A stretch of DNA of 59,854 nt from an uncultured virus (IMG/VR IMGVR_UViG_3300020191_000954) (Duplodnaviria; Heunggongvirae; Uroviricota; Caudoviricetes): the IMG/VR virus record IMGVR_UViG_3300020191_000954; one strand, given 5' to 3'. The notes below the pieces were generated by a model. That model saw only the letters and a list, made by a program, of their open reading frames with translations, was not told where the DNA came from and made no database searches. The position numbers and the translations under genes are program-made. Positions within the stretch are counted from its first letter, which is position 1. The number at the start of each line of letters is the position of its first letter. Of the stretch, positions 18,160 to 27,766 are shown in pieces.

Positions 18160-18470
18160 AATTCATTTACCAATTGATCAAACGCTTCTTCGCCTAGTAT
18201 GTTATATAATAACACAACTATGAATATAAACCATAATACCCAAAACACATAATAACCTAACTTTGTCCATCCCAATCCTAGTATTTTATATACTGTTGGC
18301 ATAGGCAAATACTTTTCAAATACTGTAGTAATGTCCCATACAAATTTTAACATAAAGATCCACATGAATGCTCTCACGTATTTGTTCTCTATGTCAGACA
18401 CTTTAAAATTTTTTTGTGCTTCTGTTACTTTTTTATCATGCGCCTTATAGCGTTCCCATAACTTCTTCAT
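18156..18470 (-). CDS. Small membrane protein
   Basis: 104 aa with hydrophobic stretches 'AFMWIFMLKFVW' and 'YYVFWVLWFIFIVVLLYNIL'. ATGA-type overlaps at both ends. Confidence 0.6.
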   Translation of the reverse strand: MKKLWERYKAHDKKVTEAQKNFKVSDIENKYVRAFMWIFMLKFVWDITTVFEKYLPMPTVYKILGLGWTKLGYYVFWVLWFIFIVVLLYNILGEEAFDQLVNEL

Positions 18471-19426
18471 TTGTTTTCCTTGGGTATCTTGTTGTCAGCA
18501 CTACTAACACATGTATCAGTTATGCAACTAGTTGGTGTCTTAAACAGCGTAAACCCGTCCTGTAGCGTACCTAGAGGTTCATCGCTACAACTATAAGCTC
18601 TTTTAACTTCATCGCCGCGGATAATACAACTTTGATATCCTGCGTTACAACTCCATCCTTTAAATTTGTTAAACCCAAAAGCATTTAATCGTTCTGCTTG
18701 ATCAAGTTCGTAAGCTATTCCTTGATAGTCTTTGAGGAGTACTTGCGGGATTGTTTGTTCTGAATCTGTTTGGAGGATTTTTGTTTGTTCTTCCGTGTAA
18801 CCACTGACCACAAATGACGCAGTAGGATCTGATTGCGGCTTAAGAGTAACGTGTATTCCTCTTTTAATAAATCGTAAACTTCTTTCATAATATTCATCCC
18901 ATAGTTCTGGTACCATAACTTGATTAATAGTTACAAGTACTCCTGCTTTCATAAGTTGAAGACACTTGTCTCCAAACTCTTGTTCGTTAGCAAACTCTGC
19001 ATGAAAACTTGCTGTAATACTTCTACGTTGCAAATTATTAGTTGCTTCTAACCAATTGTTCCACCACTTGCTTCCTGGGCTTAGGTTTGTAGTCATATGC
19101 AAACTTTGGTATTCGGGTGTTGCATCACTGCAATAATACTCTATAAGTTCCCCGAACTTTTTATATGCTGTTGGTTCGCCACCGCTAAAACTAAAATGAA
19201 ATTGTGTAAAGCCATTGTCTCTTGCTTGACGTTTAATTTCATCAATTGCGTTTGTGTATACTTCAAAGTCTTGATGATCTGGCTTATCTGTGTTTGCATA
19301 AGGCCAACAGTAACTACATTTATAATTACAAAACCTTCCAAGGATCCAGCTAACATTAAACAACGGATTGTTTAACATTGTTTTTTGTCCTAAAGATACG
19401 ATTTTAGTAAACGGAATCTTTTGCAA
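18467..19426 (-). CDS. Radical SAM protein (paralog of 11789..12724)
   Basis: 'CNYKCSYC', 'FSGGEPT' and C-terminal 'GWSCNAG...YSC...SCITDTCVS'. TTG start with AGGAG SD. Confidence 0.88.
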   Translation of the reverse strand: MQKIPFTKIVSLGQKTMLNNPLFNVSWILGRFCNYKCSYCWPYANTDKPDHQDFEVYTNAIDEIKRQARDNGFTQFHFSFSGGEPTAYKKFGELIEYYCSDATPEYQSLHMTTNLSPGSKWWNNWLEATNNLQRRSITASFHAEFANEQEFGDKCLQLMKAGVLVTINQVMVPELWDEYYERSLRFIKRGIHVTLKPQSDPTASFVVSGYTEEQTKILQTDSEQTIPQVLLKDYQGIAYELDQAERLNAFGFNKFKGWSCNAGYQSCIIRGDEVKRAYSCSDEPLGTLQDGFTLFKTPTSCITDTCVSSADNKIPKENK

Positions 19427-20078
19427 ACTGCTCTCCTAACCATTCAAAATTATTTATTAACCCCAAATCAGCGCCGACACGAAGGCCAAACTGCATACCA
19501 GCATTAGCACCTCGTAACGCATATCCACTATGTATTCCATCAGCATGAGTAGTCCAAGTTTTAAGTCTATCATTTGTTTCTTCCTCTAGTTGTCCTTGTA
19601 TTGTTTTACTTGCCAACTTTGCACATTCTCTAAATGCGCCGCGCCATGTACTCAATGGATCTGTGTTAAATGCTGTAATATTACTTACAGTTGGCATTGC
19701 TTTAAATTTATTACTAATACTAGTAGTCATATCATTTGTTGTAGTATCCATCTTTAGTGTAAGCATACGTGGTAATAACTTAACCCCACCGTATCCATAC
19801 TCTAATCCGTTAACAGGATTTCTTGCTCTCCACACATGAACACAATCTAAATCGTAACTACTAACTTCGTGATCAAATTTAAAATCGTCTACTATCTGAG
19901 CATCACCATCTACAACCCAAAACATTTTTGTAAAACATTTTTTAGCACCTGCTACGTGTGCTTGGTGAATTCCTTTAACATCTTTAACACGCTTTGCCAT
20001 TGGGTATTGTTGTTTAAGTTTATCCCAATTACTATCAGCGTTTGCTTCACCATAACTTATAAAAACAATATCATACAT
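19404..20078 (-). CDS. GT-A-fold glycosyltransferase-like protein
   Basis: 'YDIVFISYGE', 'GIHQAH', DxD motif 'WVVDGD', 'YGYGGVKL'. Confidence 0.65.
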   Translation of the reverse strand: MYDIVFISYGEANADSNWDKLKQQYPMAKRVKDVKGIHQAHVAGAKKCFTKMFWVVDGDAQIVDDFKFDHEVSSYDLDCVHVWRARNPVNGLEYGYGGVKLLPRMLTLKMDTTTNDMTTSISNKFKAMPTVSNITAFNTDPLSTWRGAFRECAKLASKTIQGQLEEETNDRLKTWTTHADGIHSGYALRGANAGMQFGLRVGADLGLINNFEWLGEQFAKDSVY

Positions 20079-20996
20079 TTATTTTTGTAATCCGTTAATT
20101 ATTGGTTCAAGGTACTCAGCTAATTCTGCATGTACAGTTCTGTCCGGATGGCAATTATCAGGAAACTTATCATGCTGTTGCATAGTCTTAATTGTTTTTT
20201 CGTAGTCATCTACAATAGATGTAAATTCTGTTTTTTCTCCCTCGGGTATTTTAGGAATACCTAATTCTGGTTTTTCTCTAGCAAACAACCGTAGACTGTC
20301 GCCTGCATCTTCTGTTAAATCTGGTCGACGTCGGCGTAAATGATTTACAGTTGGCCAACTACTTAACAAAGGTATATCATGTCCTAGTAGTGTTGACATC
20401 CAATCTTTTACTACATGTTTTGCGAAGGTATAGTTTGTAGTATCTACTTTACTCCAACCTTCAATTATTATCCACGGGATATTAGTTTCATCATATATAC
20501 GTTGAGCGCCATCCATTGCAAGTTTTAGCAAGATGTCGTTTAATTCTTTAATACTTTTTGCATCTTTAATTGCACTATCACGTTGCTTGTAATATTTTTC
20601 AAGGTCGTACAATCCTGCTTCTGGAGGCCATTTAGAATCTCCAAGATCTCTACATGGTTCTGTTACTACCCATACAATAACATCTGGATTGTAAAATGCT
20701 GGACTAGTAAAACAAGGTGCAAGTCCAAGTGCTTCTTCAACTTTAAACAATGATTCAAAATTAGAACCACCGCCGACTCCATAATCAGCACAAGCATGAC
20801 CTTTTTGACCTAAGTTATAACCAAAGCCTGGCCATACAACTTGAAATCCTTTAGGATGAGCTCCGTGAAGATATTGTTCTTTATTGTAGGGTCTAAATAA
20901 TTCTGGATGATCGTTGTTTGCACAAGCAGGTCCTGGAATAATTGTACCCCACTCGCCTAGTGCATTACTATCCCCTACAATTAATATTTTTTTCAT
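20079..20996 (-). CDS. SGNH/GDSL-fold protein (esterase/acyltransferase-like)
   Basis: Block I 'ILIVGDSN', block II 'YGVGGGSN', 'PDVIVW', block V 'DNCHP'. Confidence 0.68.
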   Translation of the reverse strand: MKKILIVGDSNALGEWGTIIPGPACANNDHPELFRPYNKEQYLHGAHPKGFQVVWPGFGYNLGQKGHACADYGVGGGSNFESLFKVEEALGLAPCFTSPAFYNPDVIVWVVTEPCRDLGDSKWPPEAGLYDLEKYYKQRDSAIKDAKSIKELNDILLKLAMDGAQRIYDETNIPWIIIEGWSKVDTTNYTFAKHVVKDWMSTLLGHDIPLLSSWPTVNHLRRRRPDLTEDAGDSLRLFAREKPELGIPKIPEGEKTEFTSIVDDYEKTIKTMQQHDKFPDNCHPDRTVHAELAEYLEPIINGLQK

Positions 20997-22177
20997 CGTG
21001 TGTTTCCATAATGGAATACTTCTACCTCTTCTGACTTATATTCTCTCCACGGATCAACTACAACACTTTCTTTATTTAAAAAGCAATAAAGTTCAGGATG
21101 TGCTAATAGTACTACTGCACTAAAAGGACCACGTTGCGGACTTGCTAACGGATCAACTTCTATGCAATGATATCCTAACTCTTTACAGTAGTGTCCAACT
21201 AGTAACGAATAACTGCCATCAGTATATGGTACTCCTGGTTTATATGCAATGCCATTTAGCAAAATTGGTAGATTACGCTCTTGTGCAATTTTTACCAAAT
21301 AGTTTGCCATATTTTTAGCCTGCACTTCTCTTGCATTCATTATAGCATCGAATATGTCATATTGCAACCCCAAGTTTTGAGCCATGTAGCGTAGAGCTAT
21401 ATTATCTCTTGGATGACACGCTCCTCCGTCGCCCATTCCTGCTTTCATATAACTTGGACCCATTATACGCTGATCGCTTTTGGCAAGTGCATTAGTTACT
21501 ACATCAACATTAATATGTCCTTGTTTCTCTGCAACATCTTGTATCATATTAACCAATCCAATTTTTGCACTGATAAATGTATTATAAAATACTTTGATAC
21601 ATTCACATTCGTCCCAAGTGCCAATTTCATAGCGTGGATCATTTTCCATTATAGTTTTATAAAAATCTACAAGTTGTTTTGCATCTCCAGTTTCACTTCC
21701 GTCATCTGTACCAATCATAACCATTTCAGGATTTACCATATCCCATGCTACTGTTCCCATTGCAATAAGATACGGGTTATAAACAAATCTAGTATTAGTT
21801 ACTAACGGATAAAATTCTCGGCGTACTGTGCCTGGTAATACTGTACTAATTAACACAAGCAATTGATTGTTGTTCATATGTGCATTTGCTTCACGCAATA
21901 CATCAAGTACAATATCATAACCAAAGTCTTTGGGTTCTAAGTGAGCTGTGGGTTTTTTGCCGTCATAGTCTGGATGATGGGGAGTAGGTACTGCAACAAA
22001 TACAATGTCTCTATTTTGAACAGTATCTTTAATTGTAGGACAAACAGTTACGCTATCACTTTTAACAGTAGTAACATCATAACCTGTTACATCATGCCCT
22101 TTGGTTGAAATGACTTCTGCACAAGGTAATCCTAATTTTCCTAACCCAATAAATCCAATCTTCACTATGTTCTCCAA
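20993..22177 (-). CDS. ugd: UDP-glucose/GDP-mannose 6-dehydrogenase family protein
   Basis: Rossmann 'IGFIGLGKLG', 'FVAVPTP', 'ISTVLPG', 'IKVFYN', catalytic Cys 'GGACHPRD', 'GIAYKP'. Confidence 0.9.
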   Translation of the reverse strand: MENIVKIGFIGLGKLGLPCAEVISTKGHDVTGYDVTTVKSDSVTVCPTIKDTVQNRDIVFVAVPTPHHPDYDGKKPTAHLEPKDFGYDIVLDVLREANAHMNNNQLLVLISTVLPGTVRREFYPLVTNTRFVYNPYLIAMGTVAWDMVNPEMVMIGTDDGSETGDAKQLVDFYKTIMENDPRYEIGTWDECECIKVFYNTFISAKIGLVNMIQDVAEKQGHINVDVVTNALAKSDQRIMGPSYMKAGMGDGGACHPRDNIALRYMAQNLGLQYDIFDAIMNAREVQAKNMANYLVKIAQERNLPILLNGIAYKPGVPYTDGSYSLLVGHYCKELGYHCIEVDPLASPQRGPFSAVVLLAHPELYCFLNKESVVVDPWREYKSEEVEVFHYGNTR

Positions 22178-22191
22178 TCATTATATACGCA

Positions 22192-22213
22192 TATAAATAC
22201 AGTAGTATTTATG
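22192..22213. promoter_or_regulatory. Pair of oppositely oriented late promoter cores in an inverted repeat (TATAAATA on +, CATAAATA on -)
   Basis: ATAAATAC-AGTA-GTATTTAT perfect 8-bp inverted repeat in the 49-bp gap between divergent genes. The + copy matches the T4 late consensus TATAAATA exactly. Confidence 0.65.
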
Positions 22214-22226
22214 GAAAGTTACCCTT

Positions 22227-23510
22227 ATGAAGTTAATTAAAGACTCGATCATTCGTAATGAATTTATTCAGCAACCAAGAACTACGCTATCTATTCAAAA
22301 ATTAATCGAACAACTAGGACGAAGCGAGACAGACTTTAGTGACGTGTCTATTGTACACTCGTTAATTAAGTATCCTAAGTGGCACAAAGAAACTAATATA
22401 TTTCAATTTATCAAACACACTTGGCAAAAACAGTTACGTAAAGATCCAAAATGTTTCTTTTTCTTTGATGCTAGTACTGAAGGATTTAGTACCATACATG
22501 ATGTACCGTTTTTTGATGTGTTATACCATAGTTGTAATCAAGCAAGGATTGATCCTGAAAAGATTATTTTCTTTAGTTCAAACATGTACGACCAAGATAA
22601 TATTATTCGTTATAACATGGAAAATAATATTACAAATTCAATTAAAGTTGTTACGTTTAATAATTTTGAAAGTATGATATTTGGTATTGCAGGAGCTCAG
22701 GGAATTGGCAATAATGTAACTCAACATATTGAAAATAGAAATGTTGACGACTTTGTAGCAACTCGTCTAAAAGAAGAAAAATATGAAGCTGAACAACGAT
22801 ACAAAGGAAAAATATTTTTAAGTCTAAGTCGTGTTAATAGACCTCATCGTACTGTGAGTGCATTTGAAATTTTTAATAGTGATTTAATTTATCATGGTAT
22901 GGTAAGTCATAATAAATTTGAAAAACAAACATTAAAACATTGGCAAAGCTATCAAATGCCCGTTGGATGTAACATATCTAAAACTGAAATCAAAGCATGG
23001 AATAAACATGCACTTCCTTTAGTTGTAGACACTCCTGATTTTGTAACTAATCATGCTATGAGTCTGAGTAGTTACTTGCATCAACAAACTTTGTTTCAAG
23101 TAGTAAATGAAACGTTTGCTGAAAATTGGAATGGCACTAGTTTATTTTGGAGTGAAAAAACATTTAGAAGTATATATCACTTACAACCATTTATTATATT
23201 TGGACAACACCAAGCTAATCAGAAATTACAAGACTATGGCTATAAACTATATGACGGTGTATTTGATTATAGTTTTGATAACGAACGTGATACATATAAA
23301 CGCTGGACTAAACTTAAAAAAGAATTATCTAGACAGGTAAACGTATTATCAGCACTACCAATAAAGAAACAACTCCATTGGAAATGGAGAGTTGCAGATA
23401 TTTCGGCACATAATCTTAAAACTATGATTGAAGAAGAACATACTAAAAGTGTTATGACAAATTTGATTAAATACATGAAAGAGAAAAAAGATGAAAAAAC
23501 TAATTCATAA
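22227..23510 (+). CDS. Hypothetical protein, possibly glycosyltransferase-like
   Basis: 427 aa. 'FLSLSRVNRPHR...VVNET...FWSEKTFRSIYHLQPFIIFG...GYKLY..FDYSFD' resembles the nucleotide-sugar-binding C-terminal half of GT-B/GT10-like proteins. Confidence 0.45.
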   Translation: MKLIKDSIIRNEFIQQPRTTLSIQKLIEQLGRSETDFSDVSIVHSLIKYPKWHKETNIFQFIKHTWQKQLRKDPKCFFFFDASTEGFSTIHDVPFFDVLYHSCNQARIDPEKIIFFSSNMYDQDNIIRYNMENNITNSIKVVTFNNFESMIFGIAGAQGIGNNVTQHIENRNVDDFVATRLKEEKYEAEQRYKGKIFLSLSRVNRPHRTVSAFEIFNSDLIYHGMVSHNKFEKQTLKHWQSYQMPVGCNISKTEIKAWNKHALPLVVDTPDFVTNHAMSLSSYLHQQTLFQVVNETFAENWNGTSLFWSEKTFRSIYHLQPFIIFGQHQANQKLQDYGYKLYDGVFDYSFDNERDTYKRWTKLKKELSRQVNVLSALPIKKQLHWKWRVADISAHNLKTMIEEEHTKSVMTNLIKYMKEKKDEKTNS

Positions 23511-24357
23511 CACACCTCAAAGAATATTCACATTTGGTTGTAGCTTTACAGGATATCAATGGGGTACATGGGCTAACATTTTAGGTGTAGAATTTCCTGA
23601 TGCAGAGTTTAGAAATTTTGGTCGCAGTGGTGCAGGTAATCAGTATATACATAATATGATTATGCAGGCTGATAATGTGTACACATTTGATCATAATGAT
23701 TTAGTTATTGTGCAATGGACTAATGTATGTCGTGAAGATAGATTTTTACCTGAAAAAGATGGTTGGTTAGTTCCAGGTAATATATTTTCTCAAGGAGAGT
23801 ATGATCAGCATTTTTTAGAAAATTATTTTAGTGAGTATGGGTCATATGTTAGAGATTTTGCACTAATTAAAAGTGCTCATCAGTTATTAAAGCATCGCAC
23901 ACAACATCACATGATTAAGATGTTAGATTTTGAATTTCCAAATCAATGGGAGTTGACATCAAAGAAAAATATAAATCTTGAAACACTTGCTGGATTATAT
24001 CACGAATGTTTAGATGCAATTCTTCCTAGTTTTTATCACACACTATGGAACAACGATTTACAGGCAAAGACTGTGAAAGATAAAGGACTAGTCCACAAAG
24101 GATTTCAAGACGGGCATCCTAGTCCACTTGAACATTACGATTATCTAAAACATACATTTAAACACGACTGGAAGGAATCTACTGACAAAGCAGTCGGTGC
24201 CGCACAAACTAAATGGATTAAGTTGATGCAAAGTGCTGTTCTAAGTCAAGAGGGTGCATTTAGTTTATATAGTATGAAACCGCGTTGGTTAGATATGTTA
24301 AAGTACGAAACTATTATGCGTCCTAATACACAAATTAATCCGTTAATACATCAATAA
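23491..24357 (+). CDS. SGNH/GDSL-fold protein
   Basis: 'FTFGCSFT', 'NFGRSGAGN', 'DLVIVQWT', 'DGHPSP'. Confidence 0.65.
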   Translation: MKKLIHNTPQRIFTFGCSFTGYQWGTWANILGVEFPDAEFRNFGRSGAGNQYIHNMIMQADNVYTFDHNDLVIVQWTNVCREDRFLPEKDGWLVPGNIFSQGEYDQHFLENYFSEYGSYVRDFALIKSAHQLLKHRTQHHMIKMLDFEFPNQWELTSKKNINLETLAGLYHECLDAILPSFYHTLWNNDLQAKTVKDKGLVHKGFQDGHPSPLEHYDYLKHTFKHDWKESTDKAVGAAQTKWIKLMQSAVLSQEGAFSLYSMKPRWLDMLKYETIMRPNTQINPLIHQ

Positions 24358-25528
24358 GTTCAGGAAACGTTTCGTTAAAAGAACGATTACGAATTTTATC
24401 AAAGTACATATTGTTAGATTTAAACAAATCATTTGCACTTTGATCAAATGTTGACTTGTGCAAGTAATCAATAACACCATTTACATATCTTAAATGTTCT
24501 GTATGTGTTACTGTATTTGCGTATGCTTGTAACTTATCTATTGCAGTTTGTCTTTGTTCATCTGTTAGTGCATTAAAACTGTAGTAATTAGGTTCAACAA
24601 TATTATAAAGCGTACTGTTGTTTACATCAAATCCTTTGCTAGACATATATTCTAAAAAGTCTACAAGTGTTAATACATTAAATGCACTTACTACACAATT
24701 AAAACTAATAATTACATGCGGACTTTCTTTTTTAATAATTTTTAAGTTTTGTTCTATAGTTGGCCAATCAGTACCTTCTCTAATATACTCGCCTCTGTTT
24801 CCATAGCCGTCAATACTTGCACGTACTTCAACGTGTTTAAAATTATTCCAATACTCTGTAATACTTTTCTTCTTAAAAAATAAATTACTTAAATTACTGT
24901 TGTATTGCAGTACAGCATCAGTCTTTTTATTTTCAATTAAATAATCTAAAATATCATAATGCTTATCTGTAATAAGAGGCTCGCCACCTGCAAAATAATA
25001 ATCTTGAATACCTTTAAGGTACGGCTTAAACTGTTCAAACAAATTATCGTTGTTATCTCCGCCTGCAAAAATGTATACAGGTTTATTTTCACCTTGCTTG
25101 TTATCTTCTACAGCCCATGTAGAACTGTAAGTACTACTACAGGTTCTGCATTTAAAATTACAAATGTTGCTCCAACGTACATCAAAGTATAGTAACTTCA
25201 TTATATCTAACGAACCGTCAAAATTGGTTTCGTCTTTTATACTAATATGCTGTGCAAATCTATTATTTTGTGCAATTCTATTGCTTTCTATTCCTGCTTC
25301 TTCGTGTTTCCAACATTGTGTACAAGCACTAGGCTTTTCATTGTTTAATAATGCAAGTCTTAATTTTTTATATTCTTCACTATTCCATATTTCTTTAATA
25401 GTGTTTTTACGTGTGTTGCCAAGAGGTTGACGCCAATCACCTATACAACAAGGAAGTACATTGCCGTCTGGATTAGCATAGAAATGAATCCACGGAAGTA
25501 TGCAAAATGTATTACTTTCCGCAGTCAT
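24335..25528 (-). CDS. Radical SAM protein with N-terminal twitch domain
   Basis: 'FCILPWIHFYANPDGNVLPCC...IKEIWNS...PSACTQC', core 'CNFKCRTC', 'FAGGEP'. Confidence 0.9.
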   Translation of the reverse strand: MTAESNTFCILPWIHFYANPDGNVLPCCIGDWRQPLGNTRKNTIKEIWNSEEYKKLRLALLNNEKPSACTQCWKHEEAGIESNRIAQNNRFAQHISIKDETNFDGSLDIMKLLYFDVRWSNICNFKCRTCSSTYSSTWAVEDNKQGENKPVYIFAGGDNNDNLFEQFKPYLKGIQDYYFAGGEPLITDKHYDILDYLIENKKTDAVLQYNSNLSNLFFKKKSITEYWNNFKHVEVRASIDGYGNRGEYIREGTDWPTIEQNLKIIKKESPHVIISFNCVVSAFNVLTLVDFLEYMSSKGFDVNNSTLYNIVEPNYYSFNALTDEQRQTAIDKLQAYANTVTHTEHLRYVNGVIDYLHKSTFDQSANDLFKSNNMYFDKIRNRSFNETFPELIDVLTD

Positions 25529-26885
25529 TATAAAAGCCTTCTAGTTCTGGAAAAGTTTCTACCAAATTACAGTTACGTCTACGATCAAATTCTTTGAACC
25601 AGTTATGAAAATCTCTACGTGCTTGTTCTAGCTTACGTGGTTCATAATGTGTTGTACGCATATACTCTACTACACGTTTAAACTTTTCGTATTCTAACCC
25701 TGTAAACTTAGTACGATTAGTATCGTCTTGGTTATCTTTAATAAATTGTAAGTGTTTTTCCATATACGGCATAAATTCTTCTTTAGGTAAAATGTTCATG
25801 TCATATATGCTTGGTTCTTTTAAATGAGGTGTATCAAATCTAATACGTTGCCACTGAGTAGCATTGTCATCACTATTGTATTTTGTACGCCACTCTAGTA
25901 TTTTTTCTAATAGTTGCGTAAAACTAGTTACACCAAATATATTAAACGTAATCATAAATGTTACAGGCCAGTTTGTATTGCTTAGATAATAATCTAAGTT
26001 TTGTTCCCATAACTTAATGTCTAACCCGGTACGTGCATATTCTGCTCTTGGTCCCCAAGTATCAATACTAGTGTACAATTTAAAACTTTTAATCTTGCCT
26101 TCTGCTTTTAAACGCTTAACTGTTTCAGTTAGTCTTTCAACTAGCTTAGGCTTAACACCCATGTTACTGTTTACTTCAATTTGTATGTGTGGCTTAGGAT
26201 CGTTATCTAACTTTTCTAACAGTTTCCAAAAACTTTTATGCATCAATGGTTCGCCGCCTGTAATACGCAAAATGTTTAGTGTCTTACTAAGTTCAGGCCA
26301 CCATTCCCAAAACGCTTTTACGTATGGATTCGTGTCTTCGTCTTTTTGTACTTCAAACCAATCAATGTCTTGTCTATGTGTGCTTGACATATCGTATGGT
26401 CCATGTTGTTTTATTTCGTTCCAATACCTACTAGAGGCTTTAGGGTGACAGTATCCACACTTAAAATTGCATTCATTACTAAAACTAATTTCAATATACT
26501 CAGGATTTACGTTAAAATCCGCCCCTTTTTGTTTTATTTCCGCTACTCTTTCAGGTGTGTATATACTTGCAGTTTTAATATGTCTATCACTTACAAAGTC
26601 TTTACCCATTGCTTCAATTTTCCAACAGTAACTACAACCGTCTGGTTTATCTCCGCATAGCATTTGTTTACGCTGTTCTTTTTTCTCAATAGTATTATGT
26701 AACGCACTAGGATTGCCTTCTAATTCTTCTAAAGGAATTTTATGCGGAGCAGGATGATAACAACTATGTGTTTCTCCTGTTGCAAGATAGATAGTTGTGT
26801 GATGCCATTTTGCTAAACAGAATGTTGGAGAGGTTTCATCCTCAATTTTAGGCATTAGTGTTTTAATTTTTTCTAATTCACTCAT
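25512..26885 (-). CDS. Radical SAM protein with N-terminal twitch domain
   Basis: 'FCLAKWHHTTIYLATGETHSCYH...DGCSYCW', core 'CNFKCGYC', 'ITGGEP'. Confidence 0.9.
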   Translation of the reverse strand: MSELEKIKTLMPKIEDETSPTFCLAKWHHTTIYLATGETHSCYHPAPHKIPLEELEGNPSALHNTIEKKEQRKQMLCGDKPDGCSYCWKIEAMGKDFVSDRHIKTASIYTPERVAEIKQKGADFNVNPEYIEISFSNECNFKCGYCHPKASSRYWNEIKQHGPYDMSSTHRQDIDWFEVQKDEDTNPYVKAFWEWWPELSKTLNILRITGGEPLMHKSFWKLLEKLDNDPKPHIQIEVNSNMGVKPKLVERLTETVKRLKAEGKIKSFKLYTSIDTWGPRAEYARTGLDIKLWEQNLDYYLSNTNWPVTFMITFNIFGVTSFTQLLEKILEWRTKYNSDDNATQWQRIRFDTPHLKEPSIYDMNILPKEEFMPYMEKHLQFIKDNQDDTNRTKFTGLEYEKFKRVVEYMRTTHYEPRKLEQARRDFHNWFKEFDRRRNCNLVETFPELEGFYNDCGK

Positions 26886-27766
26886 TTACGAATAACTCTG
26901 TCCGTGTTAATGTATACTTGTTTGAAAAAATGACTTTGTTCATCGTCAAAGGGTGTAGATGAGATAGGTAATCCGCACTCGCTACTAAGACTTTGACCTA
27001 ATTCTTTGCTGTATACTAATGGATCTTTATTTTTTGTTTCTTCCCACAGTTTATTAAGATATATAAAATCTCTTGTTTGCACAAAGTCCCAATCTGTACA
27101 CATTGTCATGTAACAACCTTGTCTTGCTCCCATTACACTCCATATTCCATTGTCTACATCAGCACCAACCTGCATCCATATCAACAAACGTTGATAATTT
27201 TGCCACCAAGTATCGTTTGCAAGGTCTTTAACTTTAGCACCCCTATTCAAACTCATCTTAACTCCTTCACGGAACCCTGCTCTCCAGGCTTGATGTGGAG
27301 TTGCATTTATAAGACTTGTACTATAGTTGTCATTTAATTGATAGTAATTATCAAAGTAACAAAATTCAATACTAGTATCATCTTCACCGTCTGTGTTTTC
27401 ATGCGTTTGCATATTTTTTACAAAGTCTTTAGTCCACATTTTTAAACTGCCATTACCATATTTTAGTCCGTTAACATTAATATGTCCGCACCAACTAAAT
27501 TGATAATCATCGTCAACTTTTAATTCGTCTAAGTCTAGTACTACGTTTAAAAACTCTGGGTCAATAATTGTATCGCCGTCTACTGTAACAAAGTGTTTAG
27601 TTTCGCTCAATTCAGCACAGGCTTTGTGTGCGGCATCTGATCCTTCTACACCGTGTACACGTTTTGCCCACGGAACCTTGTTAACTAAATCAACAAAATT
27701 CTTTTCACAGTTAGGTTCGTCATAACTTAAAAAGATAATATCTTGCTCTGCAATGTTTATTTTCAT
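26882..27766 (-). CDS. GT-A-fold glycosyltransferase-like protein (paralog of 19404..20078)
   Basis: 'DIIFLSYDEPN', 'GSDAAH', 'VTVDGD', 'NGLKYGNG', 'AWRAGFRE'. Confidence 0.65.
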   Translation of the reverse strand: MKINIAEQDIIFLSYDEPNCEKNFVDLVNKVPWAKRVHGVEGSDAAHKACAELSETKHFVTVDGDTIIDPEFLNVVLDLDELKVDDDYQFSWCGHINVNGLKYGNGSLKMWTKDFVKNMQTHENTDGEDDTSIEFCYFDNYYQLNDNYSTSLINATPHQAWRAGFREGVKMSLNRGAKVKDLANDTWWQNYQRLLIWMQVGADVDNGIWSVMGARQGCYMTMCTDWDFVQTRDFIYLNKLWEETKNKDPLVYSKELGQSLSSECGLPISSTPFDDEQSHFFKQVYINTDRVIRK

